A stretch of DNA of 34,799 nucleotides from Octopus bimaculoides (lineage: Eukaryota): positions 61,099,217-61,134,015 of the forward strand of contig NC_068982.1 of NCBI RefSeq assembly GCF_001194135.2. Direction: 5' to 3'. The notes under the pieces were generated by a model. That model made no database searches. It saw only the letters and a list, made by a program, of their open reading frames with translations, and was not told the origin of the DNA. The translations under genes were made by a program, and so were the position numbers. Below, piece after piece: positions 20,735 through 32,031 of this stretch (its first letter is position 1; each line of letters starts with the position of its first letter).

Positions 20735-21332
20735 ATATCAATAAAGTCTAAACTGTTTAAGAATCAAAGTGTTTCATTGGTAAATCTAAATGTTTTTGTT
20801 CACATCTTTGAACTAAATGGATTCTTGCAATTTTAAACATAGCAGAGAAAAAAACAACATATCTGTTAATGAGCTTCAAGTGACCAGGGTTGTTTTGTTG
20901 TCTTTTCTTTTTTTAAATTTCAAATTCATAATGTTTAAAATGTATATAGTTTTAATGATGTAGATAGTTCATTATTTGTCAATACATTACAATGATAATG
21001 TAGATAACAGACAGTTGTTACCTACTGTGGAAAGACAGTAAAAGAAAGCAGGTTGGTTCCAAGTTATCAGAGAAGGGAAGGTGAAGGAAGAGGAAGCCGA
21101 CAAGGAGGAAGAGAAGGAGGGGGGACAGATGTGATAATTCAGTTATCTTGCTCCCAACCAAAGGAAAAGAGGAGTTACACATGTGCAATGACTCTGGAGG
21201 ACAGTGAAACATCTATCTTAAAGACACAGGCCTAAGGTCAGGAGATTAATGTTCCTTTTTGTTTTTTCTCTAAACATTTCCTGTTAGTATATAGTCTTTA
21301 TTGAAAACAACAACATGAAAAAACAACATAAC

Positions 21333-21413
21333 AATACTACTACTACTACTAATAATAATAATAATAATAATAATAATGATGATGATGATGATGATAATAA
21401 TAATAAATGATAA
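21333..21413. repeat. Compound trinucleotide microsatellite (TAC)n(AAT)n(GAT)n(AAT)n
   Basis: Seen directly. Confidence 0.9.
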
Positions 21414-21543
21414 TACAGCCACCAGATTGAATATGTAAAATGTTCATCAAATAGATATGTTTTATTCTGTGCAGTATCAGATGTTTTAGAAAATAGAATA
21501 TATTTTTTGGTACGAACTGGAACAATAATATATATCAGAGTAA

Positions 21544-21582
<39 letters not shown>

Positions 21583-22043
21583 CAGTCACTGGTGGTATAT
21601 ACTGATATAAAATATATGTAACAGAATCAAAGTTGAATGTAAACTACTTTATCATGTTAGCAGTCTATAGATTTTGTAAGTCCTTGGTAACATTTTTTTA
21701 GGTTTTACCTAACATTTCTTCTTCAGCTAACTTGTTTTCTAATGCACACACACACACACAGAGAGAGTTTCAAATAGAAAGGTAATGGGATGATAAAGAA
21801 AGGGAAGAAATTTCACCATTATTTTTCACATGAATGCAAACTTTATTTGAACAGTTCTAAAAATTTCAAGAGAAATTTCCAATATGGTATGAGAAAGGAA
21901 CATGAGACTATCTTTTAGGCAAGTGTTTAGGCCCCAAGTTAACCATTATTGAGTAGACCATCATTAAAGTTGTTCAAGCCATGACCATATCATTTTGCTT
22001 TTTGACAGTCACCATATATCTAGGACTACATTGTTCAATATTC

Positions 22044-22257
22044 TTTTATCTTTTATTTGTTTCAGTTGTTAGACTACAACCATGCTGGAGCACTGCCTTG
22101 AAGAATTTTTAGCCAAATCAATCAACCCCAGTACTTAAATTTTGTTAAACCTGGTACTTATTTTATTGGGCTCTTTTACCAAACTGCTAAGTTACAGGGA
22201 CATAAACACACCAACACCAGTTGTCAAGGAGTGGTGGTGGTGAAAACACAAAGACAA

Positions 22258-22290
<33 letters not shown>
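22044..22290 (-). mobile_element. SINE family B 3' half
   Basis: TTGTTTCAG..CCATGCTGGAGCAC..AAGTTACAGGGACATAAACACACC. Confidence 0.75.
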
Positions 22291-22292
<2 letters not shown>

Positions 22293-22295
22293 CAG

Positions 22296-22752
22296 ATCAT
22301 CACCATCATCATCATTTAATAGCTGCTTTCCATGCTGGCATGGGTTAAACAGCTTGATTGGAACTGGCAAACTGGAGAGCTGCACCATGATCCAGTCTGA
22401 CTTTGGCTTGGTTTCTACAGCTGGATACCCTTCCTAATGACAACCACTCCAACAGTGTAGTGGGTGCCTTTTATGTGTCACCGGCATAGGTGCTTTATAT
22501 GTCATCAGTATGGGTGCTTATACATGTCACAGGCACAGATGCTGTTATGTGTCACCAGCACTGGCCACAACTATGATATCATTTGGTTTAACAGGTTTTC
22601 TCAAGCACAGCAAATCACCAAAGGCTACGGTCACTTGTCATCCTCTCCATGAAACCCCACATTCAAATATCAAGCTTCACCACCACATCCCATGTCTTCC
22701 TGGGTCTACCTCCTCTACAGGTTCCCTCCACAAAGTTTGGCATTTCTTTATG
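22296..22752 (-). mobile_element. RTE family C 3' end with ORF2 remnant
   Basis: Minus translation KKCQT-VEGTCRGGRPRKTWDVVVK; 3' UTR and (GAT)n tail as in 10581-11080. Confidence 0.8.
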
Positions 22753-23249
22753 AGATGGTCTGAATTACTTGAAACTGAGAGAATATAACCTTTAGAAGTT
22801 TCCATTCATAGCAGTTGACACAAACAAACATGACAAGACACACTAAGACTGCACGAAGGACAGTGTCTAATGTATGCAAAACGTGAAGGGTGAGTGTGAA
22901 GAAGTGTTGTTCGGATTGAATGAGACTGGAAGAAGCAATAAGTCAGTTGTAAATGTTAAGAAGGAGGATGGGACAGATTGTGAGCATTCTACGTCAACAA
23001 TTAGTACTATAAGTGTAATTAGTATTATAATTGTATGGAGGAGCGGAGGGTGCATTTCAAGATTCATGGGTTGTTTATAAATGTTATTATTGTTGATATG
23101 CTCAAAGTAAGAAAACTGATGAAAGGATTAGATTAAATGTTCTTCCGAAGGAGTCAGTTACACATAACCACACTGTTACATATAACTAAAGTAAACAGAA
23201 GCCAAAGAGGGCCTTCATAAAGAGTAGCTTTATCTCCCACATCTAATTA

Positions 23250-23390
23250 TATTTTTTAAAAAAAGGACACTTTGGAGAATGCACTCATAAATACAAAATA
23301 TCAAAAAGACAAATATGAGATGGTCATGGCTAGAAAGACTTTGATCATAGGTTTGCTCAGTCAGGGCTGTCTTGGGGCTAAATATTAACA
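23250..23390 (-). repeat. Unclassified interspersed repeat family F
   Basis: Minus strand CAGCCCTGACTGAGCAAACCTATGATCAAAG..TTCTAGCCATGACCATC shared with 29885-30100, ~21925-22035 and 34100-34485. Confidence 0.55.
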
Positions 23391-23411
23391 TAATAAGAGT
23401 TTGCTTTGAAA

Positions 23412-23744
23412 CAGTGATTATCAAGCATTTTTTTTTTTAATCTATGGACCCCTCTGTTTAATAATTTATTCTGGTGGTCTTCTATAGCCACTCTATGTTT
23501 AAAAACTAGCTTTATATATACTGCATTCAAAATTTCTATTTTGTTTTTCACTCATTCAATATGTAAGATGTTAGATAAATAAACTTAGCTATTTCTTGCA
23601 AGTAAATAACATCTGAAGCAAATTTTTTCCATGGGCCCTTAAAATACTATTGAGGATTCTCAGTTTACTATTTTGCTTGCATAGATCCCTAAAATTCTTA
23701 TATGAACCACCAAAGGTCATACGGATCCCGGTTGAGAACCACTG
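23412..23744. mobile_element. hAT (Charlie-type) MITE, 333 bp
   Basis: Left end CAGTGATTATCAAGC vs reverse complement of right end CAGTGGTTCTCAACC (12/15); degenerate 8-bp TSD CTTTGAAA / CTTTAAAG; repeated GGACCC-like subterminal motifs. Confidence 0.7.
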
Positions 23745-24244
23745 CTTTAAAGGAATAATAAAGGCCTTAACATGAGTGACAGATCATACAATGATCATTG
23801 AAATATGATATCCTGAACATAATATATAATAGTATATATATTTAAAGTTTGTTTTAGAAAATAGCAGCAACCATGAGTTTAGATGACACTTCAATATACT
23901 TTATATAAATAAAGACATACACTAAATGTAAAACGGGATAAAAATATAATTAGTAGAATAGTGTCAATAATAATCCTCACAGAATCTAATATTTGTGAAA
24001 AGGGATGACTTTAGAGATAGGTTTGTATGGGGAAAATGTATAAATGATAGAAGTGTATAAAAGTGGGTTTCAAGATGAAGATTAAAAGCTAAGCTAGTTC
24101 TAAAAATGAAGAAGCCTTGAATTTAAATAAAAATTAATATCCTAACAACAGAAGTTGTAAATTAGATACTTCTGATTTATACTAAATAGTTTAAAATTTA
24201 TTTTATATCTGTATTTTAACAATAACAACAACTGTTTTTAATTC

Positions 24245-24350
24245 AAGCACAAGACCAGCAATTTTTGAAAGAACGAGATTAGTCAATAATAATAACACCA
24301 GTTCTTGACTGGTATTTCATTTTATCAATCTCAAAAAGATGGATGAAGAA
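24245..24350 (-). mobile_element. SINE family D 3' remnant
   Basis: CACAAGACCAGCAATTTT..TAGTCAAT..ACCAGT..ACTGGTATTT..TTTTATCAAT resembles the reverse complement of the family D tail. Confidence 0.45.
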
Positions 24351-24954
24351 AAATATCATATGTAGAAGTACTAATTGTAGCAGAACAAATTACATTGATG
24401 GTAATAAAGAAAGGCACAATAATCGGAAATGTGCAGTTTGTTATCTTCAGATAAACAACAGAAGTCTTTATTCTCTTGTGCAAGCTCTTCTGTGTATCAT
24501 TTGTTTTATCAACTTACTATGTCACCAAATAGCAGTTTCTATGTTACGATATTACAAATAATCTGTCTTTGAAAGCAAGAATTCTTTGAATGAACTTGTA
24601 AATGATATGTAAATAAAAGAAAACATTCTTATAACTACTATGTCCACTAGTTTCCAGTGTTGTGTAAACCCTCATACAAGACAGAATAATTCATCTTATC
24701 TTGTTTTGGGGTTGTTGTTTTTTGTACTCTAAGGTTAATTGTTTAACAGCTCAAACGTCATTTCTAACTAATATACATTTTACTGTTTGTTGCCCCGCAC
24801 CATCTCAACCTGTCATGAATTGAGTGGGTGTGTAACAATGGTCTTTCTTTGTATCAACTTTGTAGCTTCTTTGATCTACAGCAAGTACCCGCCATCATCA
24901 AACTCATGATACTTTTCCACCCTAACATACATTTATAATCTATTTTCCTTTTTT

Positions 24955-25173
24955 TTTTCTTTATCTTTTATTTGTTTCAGTTATTGGACTGTGGCCATGC
25001 TGGGGCACCACCTTGAAGAATTTTTAATCAAATGTATCAACCCCAGTACTTATTTTTAAAGACTGATACTTATTCTATTAACCTTTTCTGGCCAAATCAC
25101 TAAGTTACAGGGACATAAACACACCGGCACTGGTTGTCATTTGGTGGGGGAGGGGGGTAAACAAGGACACAAA

Positions 25174-25225
<52 letters not shown>

Positions 25226-25395
25226 CATATATATATGCATATATACAACAGTCTTCTTTCAGTTTCCATCAACCAAATCCACTCACAAGGCTTTGGTTGA
25301 CTTGAGGTTACAGCAGAAGCCCAAGATGCCAAGCAGTGGGACTGAACCTGGAACCATGTGGTTGGGAAGCAAGCTTCTTACCACACAGCCATGCT
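24955..25395 (-). mobile_element. SINE family B, full length with expanded internal (CA)n(TA)n
   Basis: Collinear with 8557-8965. Confidence 0.85.
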
Positions 25396-25987
25396 AGCAC
25401 ATATTAGCTAAAAGTTCTCTTGTGATCAACTCTTCTCATAAATGAATGCTGCACATCTAATATGATTTAGACACAACAAATTAAAATATTCCTTAAATTT
25501 TCGTTTTAACTGATCCCCCACCACTTTTCTTAACCAGACTAATTTGAAATCACTTAAAGACAGAACAACAGCACTCCAACTTTTATATACTCATACCTAT
25601 AATTATTTAGGGAGTCTCTTTCCTCAATATTCCCCCAATTTTTCTTTTTTGCCTCTCTGCAAAAAGACTCTTAACATTTTTCTTTCTTACTGTCTTTTTT
25701 TTTTTTTTTTTCAAGACATTAGGAAATATTAAAAGAGACATGACAAATTATGTTTCAGAATTTCAAGCAAGCAACTATTGATTTTTCTGCAGTTAGGAGT
25801 GATGCTTGAGAATTGGTTTCTATTTTATGTTAAACAGTCTTAGACTTAAAATTATTATGACTTGTAATTTATTTTACCATACTTTTCTTTCTCCATTTTA
25901 TATTAACCAACTTCAAAAAATGGGATTTCAACTGCTCAAGCTTAAGACCATGTTCTTTTTCAGAACGTAGTCTAAAGAATATTAAAG

Positions 25988-26489
25988 NNNNNNNNNNNNN
26001 NNNNNNNNNNNNNNNNNNNNNNNNNNNNNNNNNNNNNNNNNNNNNNNNNNNNNNNNNNNNNNNNNNNNNNNNNNNNNNNNNNNNNNNNNNNNNNNNNNNN
26101 NNNNNNNNNNNNNNNNNNNNNNNNNNNNNNNNNNNNNNNNNNNNNNNNNNNNNNNNNNNNNNNNNNNNNNNNNNNNNNNNNNNNNNNNNNNNNNNNNNNN
26201 NNNNNNNNNNNNNNNNNNNNNNNNNNNNNNNNNNNNNNNNNNNNNNNNNNNNNNNNNNNNNNNNNNNNNNNNNNNNNNNNNNNNNNNNNNNNNNNNNNNN
26301 NNNNNNNNNNNNNNNNNNNNNNNNNNNNNNNNNNNNNNNNNNNNNNNNNNNNNNNNNNNNNNNNNNNNNNNNNNNNNNNNNNNNNNNNNNNNNNNNNNNN
26401 NNNNNNNNNNNNNNNNNNNNNNNNNNNNNNNNNNNNNNNNNNNNNNNNNNNNNNNNNNNNNNNNNNNNNNNNNNNNNNNNNNNNNNNNN
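25988..26489. other. Assembly gap
   Basis: N run. Confidence 0.95.
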
Positions 26490-26525
<36 letters not shown>

Positions 26526-26589
26526 TTTATCATTATTATTATTATTATTAACGAAACTGCAAAAACATCTCAAAAATATCACTATAAAA

Positions 26590-26650
26590 TGCTACTCAGA
26601 GTTTCACGTTTACGTTCGGCAGGAATGGGAATATGAAACTCTGAGTAGCA
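26590..26650 (+). other. Hairpin with a perfect 17-bp stem extending to 28 bp with G-U pairs; pre-miRNA-like candidate
   Basis: TGCTACTCAGAGTTTCA (26590-26606) / TGAAACTCTGAGTAGCA (26634-26650); the structure is certain, the function is not. Confidence 0.6.
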
Positions 26651-27037
26651 GGTGTTTATCATAATTTCCCCAACATTTGCTCATAACCAGTACAGTACAT
26701 AAGTACAGTACCAGCCAAACCACTGTACTTGAAGCAGACTGGTAAATCTGAAGAGCTCTACACCAAACAGTAGCAGTCATACATCTAATTGTACACACAA
26801 CATACAAGATATAAACACATACACACATATCAAAACAAATAATGAATGAGCAAAACATTTGGCATCATTCTAGAACATTTAATTAATCATACAAACATAG
26901 TGCAGGGTAGGTATAAGTAAAATATGCTACAGCTGTTTCTAGAATAGCTAAGCAGGTGAATCATATGTTATCAAGTAAAGAATTCCAGGTAAGCTAAGTA
27001 CTCCATCATCAGAGAGAGAGAGAGAGAAATAAGAAAA

Positions 27038-27085
27038 TATAGAAATGTAGAATATCCTCAATTGAGGATATTCTGCATTTCTATA
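27038..27085. repeat. 48-bp near-perfect palindrome with no spacer
   Basis: TATAGAAATGTAGAATATCCTCAA|TTGAGGATATTCTGCATTTCTATA, 23/24 Watson-Crick pairs plus one T-G. Confidence 0.9.
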
Positions 27086-27711
27086 GAATATAGAATATCT
27101 TTAATTAAGAATATTAGTAGTTACCAGTTCTTCAAGAAACCAAAGCATGCTCAGAGTGAAAGATAAATGTGTTTGGTATTTCCATGATGAAGGAGTTAAT
27201 AAAAATCCTCAGTAAAGGATAATGTCAGCAGTTCCATAGGTAAAGTTTCAAGGATTTTCAGAAAATCTGATTCACTTTCTGTTCAAAGATGGAACTAGTA
27301 ACTTCCATTTTCCTTTGCTAAGGATTCTCCTTGAAACTCATAACATACGTTATTGTCTTAGGTAAGGATGAGGTACATTAGATAATGTTGTTTTAGTAGC
27401 TACCTAACAAAATAGGAAGGTTACAGCTCAAATACCTGTGATCAAAGATCTGTTCTATTAGGGATGAAATACTGCTAAACAATAAGACAGATGAATGGCA
27501 ACTGAATCGATGACTGTGTAGATAGAAAGATGGATGGATGGACAGCTAAATATATATATATATATATATTTATGGTGAATAAGTAACTTGTGAAGTTTTA
27601 GATTATTGGAAAGGCAGTTCCATAAGGTGATTCCCTACATCCGATTTTCGGTTAGCTGCTGTTGGCAGAAATGCTTAGCAAGGTAAACACATGGATTCTA
27701 TTATACCAACT

Positions 27712-27797
27712 GTATATATACAGGAGGCCATCTTCTTCTAGCACATGTGATCTTCTAGCACATTACCAGTCCACCTAGTGGCCTCCTGTATATATAC
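27712..27797. mobile_element. Tiny TA-flanked inverted-repeat element (CAGGAGGCCA...TGGCCTCCTG), possible Tc1/mariner-type mini-MITE
   Basis: Perfect 19-bp inverted repeat 27712-27730 / 27779-27797; internal 13-bp direct repeat TCTTCTAGCACAT. Confidence 0.5.
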
Positions 27798-27950
27798 TCG
27801 TATATATTTTTATATAAACATATGCAATAATCCTTGAGATCTCAGATATTTTTTCTGAGTCTCCCTGATTCTTTTAATGTGCTAGTTACCTGCTATTAAA
27901 TTGATATTAATTAATATCCAATTTTTTACCCCATTGTTTGTGTGTGTGTT

Positions 27951-28031
<81 letters not shown>

Positions 28032-28771
28032 GAGGGGGGGAGATCAATAGAAATAGATAGAAAGACAGATAGGACAAGACAATTTTGTTGGTAAATTGAA
28101 TTTTCTCAGCTAATTTCTCCAGCCTCCCAACATTTTTTCTTTTTTTTAAAAAAAAAATCTGTTTTTCAGGTCACACAAACATCCCTTGTTTTAAGATATC
28201 AAATGATAGGAATTTGACATTAGATACCAATGAGGTTTTCCTTTTTTATTTTTGCAATGGTAATAACAAGCCACTTCTGTCACGAAGAGTTTAAAACTAG
28301 CTGTCCTCACCAAAAAAAAAAACCCATGGCCTCTCCCTACCCCACTGTCATTTCTTCCACTTCCTTTCCTCCACCCTCACCTTACTCACTCCACCCCCAC
28401 ATCCCAGTACTTTCTGAAGACACTGATGTGGAATTGGACCAGGCACAGGGTGTTGGTGTTGGTGGAGCTGGAGTTTGGTGGGTGGGTCAACTGAGGTTGA
28501 TAACTGAAACAGATGTGTGAAAATGTCACAGGAAAGTGTTAAACAACATATTGTGTATGTGTGCGTGCGTGCATGTGCGTGTGTGTGTACATGGACATGC
28601 TTGACTGTAAATACGTGTTGTGTGTGTATATGCATGTGGACATGTACACTGGCTTAACTGTAAATATGTACATGTATGTGTTTACACGTATGTATGTATG
28701 TATATGTATATATGTATATATATACATACATATATATGTGCATGTATATATATATATATATATATATATAT

Positions 28772-29151
28772 NNNNNNNNNNNNNNNNNNNNNNNNNNNNN
28801 NNNNNNNNNNNNNNNNNNNNNNNNNNNNNNNNNNNNNNNNNNNNNNNNNNNNNNNNNNNNNNNNNNNNNNNNNNNNNNNNNNNNNNNNNNNNNNNNNNNN
28901 NNNNNNNNNNNNNNNNNNNNNNNNNNNNNNNNNNNNNNNNNNNNNNNNNNNNNNNNNNNNNNNNNNNNNNNNNNNNNNNNNNNNNNNNNNNNNNNNNNNN
29001 NNNNNNNNNNNNNNNNNNNNNNNNNNNNNNNNNNNNNNNNNNNNNNNNNNNNNNNNNNNNNNNNNNNNNNNNNNNNNNNNNNNNNNNNNNNNNNNNNNNN
29101 NNNNNNNNNNNNNNNNNNNNNNNNNNNNNNNNNNNNNNNNNNNNNNNNNNN
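28772..29151. other. Assembly gap
   Basis: N run bounded by (TA)n. Confidence 0.95.
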
Positions 29152-29242
29152 ATATATATATATATATACATACACACACATGCAAATATATACAGACACA
29201 TGAATAAATATGTATGTGCATATATGTATATGTAAACAAGTA

Positions 29243-29244
<2 letters not shown>

Positions 29245-29283
<39 letters not shown>

Positions 29284-29324
29284 GCGTGTGTGCGTGTGCG
29301 TGTGCGTGTGTGCGCGCGCGCATG
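29245..29324. repeat. Alternating purine-pyrimidine tract (TG)n(CGTG)n(CG)n
   Basis: Seen directly. Confidence 0.9.
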
Positions 29325-29641
29325 AGCACAGTTATGTGTCAAACGGTGAGGAAGGACATTTTAGAAAGTCTTAAGTTCCTCCTATCCTTTTAGCACAACA
29401 TCTGTTGTCATGAAAAGATAACTTCCTTGGAGACAAAAAGCACAAACACATTGCTCTCTGTTCAAGCATTTCCTCTCTTCAACAGACTGGTTCTTCACAA
29501 AACTATCCTCCTTCTTCTGATTCCAGCACTACTTCCCTCCAGCCCCGCCATCTTTCCACTCTGCCATATACCAAGACTGTACTTAGAACACATATAATCA
29601 CACATTCAGTGACCCTCAAGCCTCTCTTGCTTTTTTCTATG

Positions 29642-29692
<51 letters not shown>

Positions 29693-29884
29693 GCCCTGTC
29701 CTAGCTTCTGAAATTTTTGCTTTGATTTTTTGTTCTATTTTATTTTTATTTCTTTACATGTCATTTCATGACACCACCCCCTCCATCTCACCTCCCACCC
29801 CAGCTCATAATCTTTTTGAAAGAGCCCATGACTCTTTTTCTTTGCAATCCCCCCTCACCAACCCACCACCTAAAATGTAGAGAT

Positions 29885-30100
29885 AACCTAGTTGTTGATG
29901 TTTAAGGTCCTAGATCAACCTTGATTGAGTTGATCTATAACCAAAAACCATTCCAGCCATGACCATCCTGTATTTTTAGGCATATACAGGAGAAAAAACA
30001 TCATCTCAAGCCTCCCCACTTCCTTATTTAAGACAGGAGGATGTTTGATTTAAGAGTGACTTGGTTGCTATTTCTAGCAGCTTGAGTGACTACATAGAGA
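29885..30100 (+). repeat. Unclassified interspersed repeat family F
   Basis: CATTCCAGCCATGACCATC...TTGGTTGCTATTTCTAGCAG..GAGTGACTACATAGAG, shared with other copies. Confidence 0.6.
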
Positions 30101-31344
30101 CAGATAACCCAGTTGGGACAGTTGGAGGTGTTGAAAAGAAAGACAGTCCCAGTCTTGCTAATGAAAGAAGCTAGTGTCATACCCTGCCCCCCCCTCTCTC
30201 TCTTTCTCTCTCTCTCCCCTTCCCCCCACTCTCACATTCACTCACACATATACATACAATCTCTTGGAAGCTCACACAAAATATTGTGATGCAAGTCGCA
30301 TTTCACTAACACTAATTAAATGTCATGTGTGTGCATGTATCTATATATATTTGCGTAGGTGTGTGTATACACACAGACACACAGACGACATGTACCTTAT
30401 AGGATTGTATGTCTGTGTTTGCACACACGTTCACACTTACAACAAACATACACGCACACTCGTATCTGGCTTGTGTGTGCTCGTTTGTTCAATTACATCC
30501 GACATATAGATTTAGGAAACAGATATTTCTTCAACAGATTATTTTCTGTCTCACACACACACACACACACACACAGGGCAGATAAGATACTGGTAAGATA
30601 TTTCCCTTCTCTCCCTACTCACATCACACACGCTGGTCTCCCGTAATTTTGCACCTGTCTCCTTTTCAATTACTGACATGTTACAAATATACAATACGTG
30701 ATCAGTAAAAATGATAACGAAGAAAAAAAATGAGAAGGGTTTAAGCTGCAACATTGATAAAGAATAGATGGGGTTGTGTAAGGTGCTTGCTTAGTAACTG
30801 AATTTTGGTACCTTGTAACTAGCACTACTTGTCTTGGTACTGAAATATCATTGAATATCAAATATCAATAATGTACTGAGACCAATTATGGATTAAACAT
30901 GGTAAACATCTTTATACATGCTGCTATTGTTTTCTCATGTTTGTGATGATGATGTCAAAAGAAATGTGCAACTTGGATATGTATTGAAATGTCTTCTTTT
31001 CTTTATGAATGTCAGATGAAGAGGGGAGGTGTAGTTTTGTAAGTTAGAAGTTTGCTTCCCAACCACATAATTCCAGATTTGATCCCACAGTGTAGCATCA
31101 CAGGTAAGGGTCTTAGACACTAGCTGGAGGTTCTGAGTAGAAATCAGCATATGTAAATTCTGAGTGTATGTGTGTGTGTGTGTATGTGTGTGTGTATGTG
31201 TGGGCATACATGTGCAGTCTGCCAAGTTGCTTCCCTAAATGTCAAAAGATAACTTAGCCAGTGCTTCTCATGTAGGTTGGGCAGCTGTGAGGATTGAAAA
31301 TGGGGCAGACAAATTGGTATCTTTTATCTTTCCTTTTCTTTTTA

Positions 31345-31707
31345 ATTTTTTTACTTGTTTCAGTCATTAAACTGTGGCCATGCTGTGACACCACGTTGAA
31401 GGGTTTTAGTCAAACAAACCAGCCCCAGTACTTTTTTTTTTAACTCTTATTCTATTAGTCTCTTAGGTTAAACAGTTAAATTACAGGAACATAAACAGAC
31501 CAACACTTTTTGTCAAGTGGAGGTGAGGAACACAAACAGAAAAACACACATATGATGGGATCCTTTCAGTTTCTGTCTACCAAATCCATTTACAAAGCTT
31601 TGATTGGCCTGAGACTATAGTAGAAGACATTTGCCTAAGATTCCATGCAGTGGAATTGAACTGAGAATCATGTGATTGGGAAGCAATCTTCTTACCACAC
31701 AGTCACA
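31345..31707 (-). mobile_element. SINE family B, full length and diverged
   Basis: Collinear with 8557-8965. Confidence 0.8.
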
Positions 31708-32031
31708 TCTTTGCTGGCATGCCAGGACTTATATGCTTAATAAAATTAAGATGTTTTCAAACATTTTATTTCACAACTGCTCCAGTTCACTCGCTTGTTG
31801 AAATGAGTTTTGATGTCACTGGTACCAAGCTATATTGGTTTTTGCCTTTCCATTGGATAACATTGGTGGCTGGTCTTCCATAAACAACCTAGCCCAGATT
31901 TGTGCCTCAGAGGGTAACTTTCTAGGTGCAATCAATCCCATGGTTATTCATGATCGAAGGGGTCCTTTCTAGGGGGTATAGAATTCATGGGGGGAAAAAA
32001 TAATGCCATAATGATTAGTGATTAAGAAATT

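Noticed and set aside
21018-21235. Purine-rich ORFs (GRGSRQGG... / reverse hydrophobic ORF)
   Set aside because: Low-complexity GA tract with no acceptor and no homology.
22810-23080. 68-aa ORF and a faint Tc1-like 'ARRTVSNV' frame
   Set aside because: The similarity is too weak, and there are no TIRs or catalytic motifs.
28408-28477. Possible plus-strand exon after a long pyrimidine tract (LSEDTDVELDQAQG...)
   Set aside because: The donor is weak, the peptide is low complexity and there are no companion exons.
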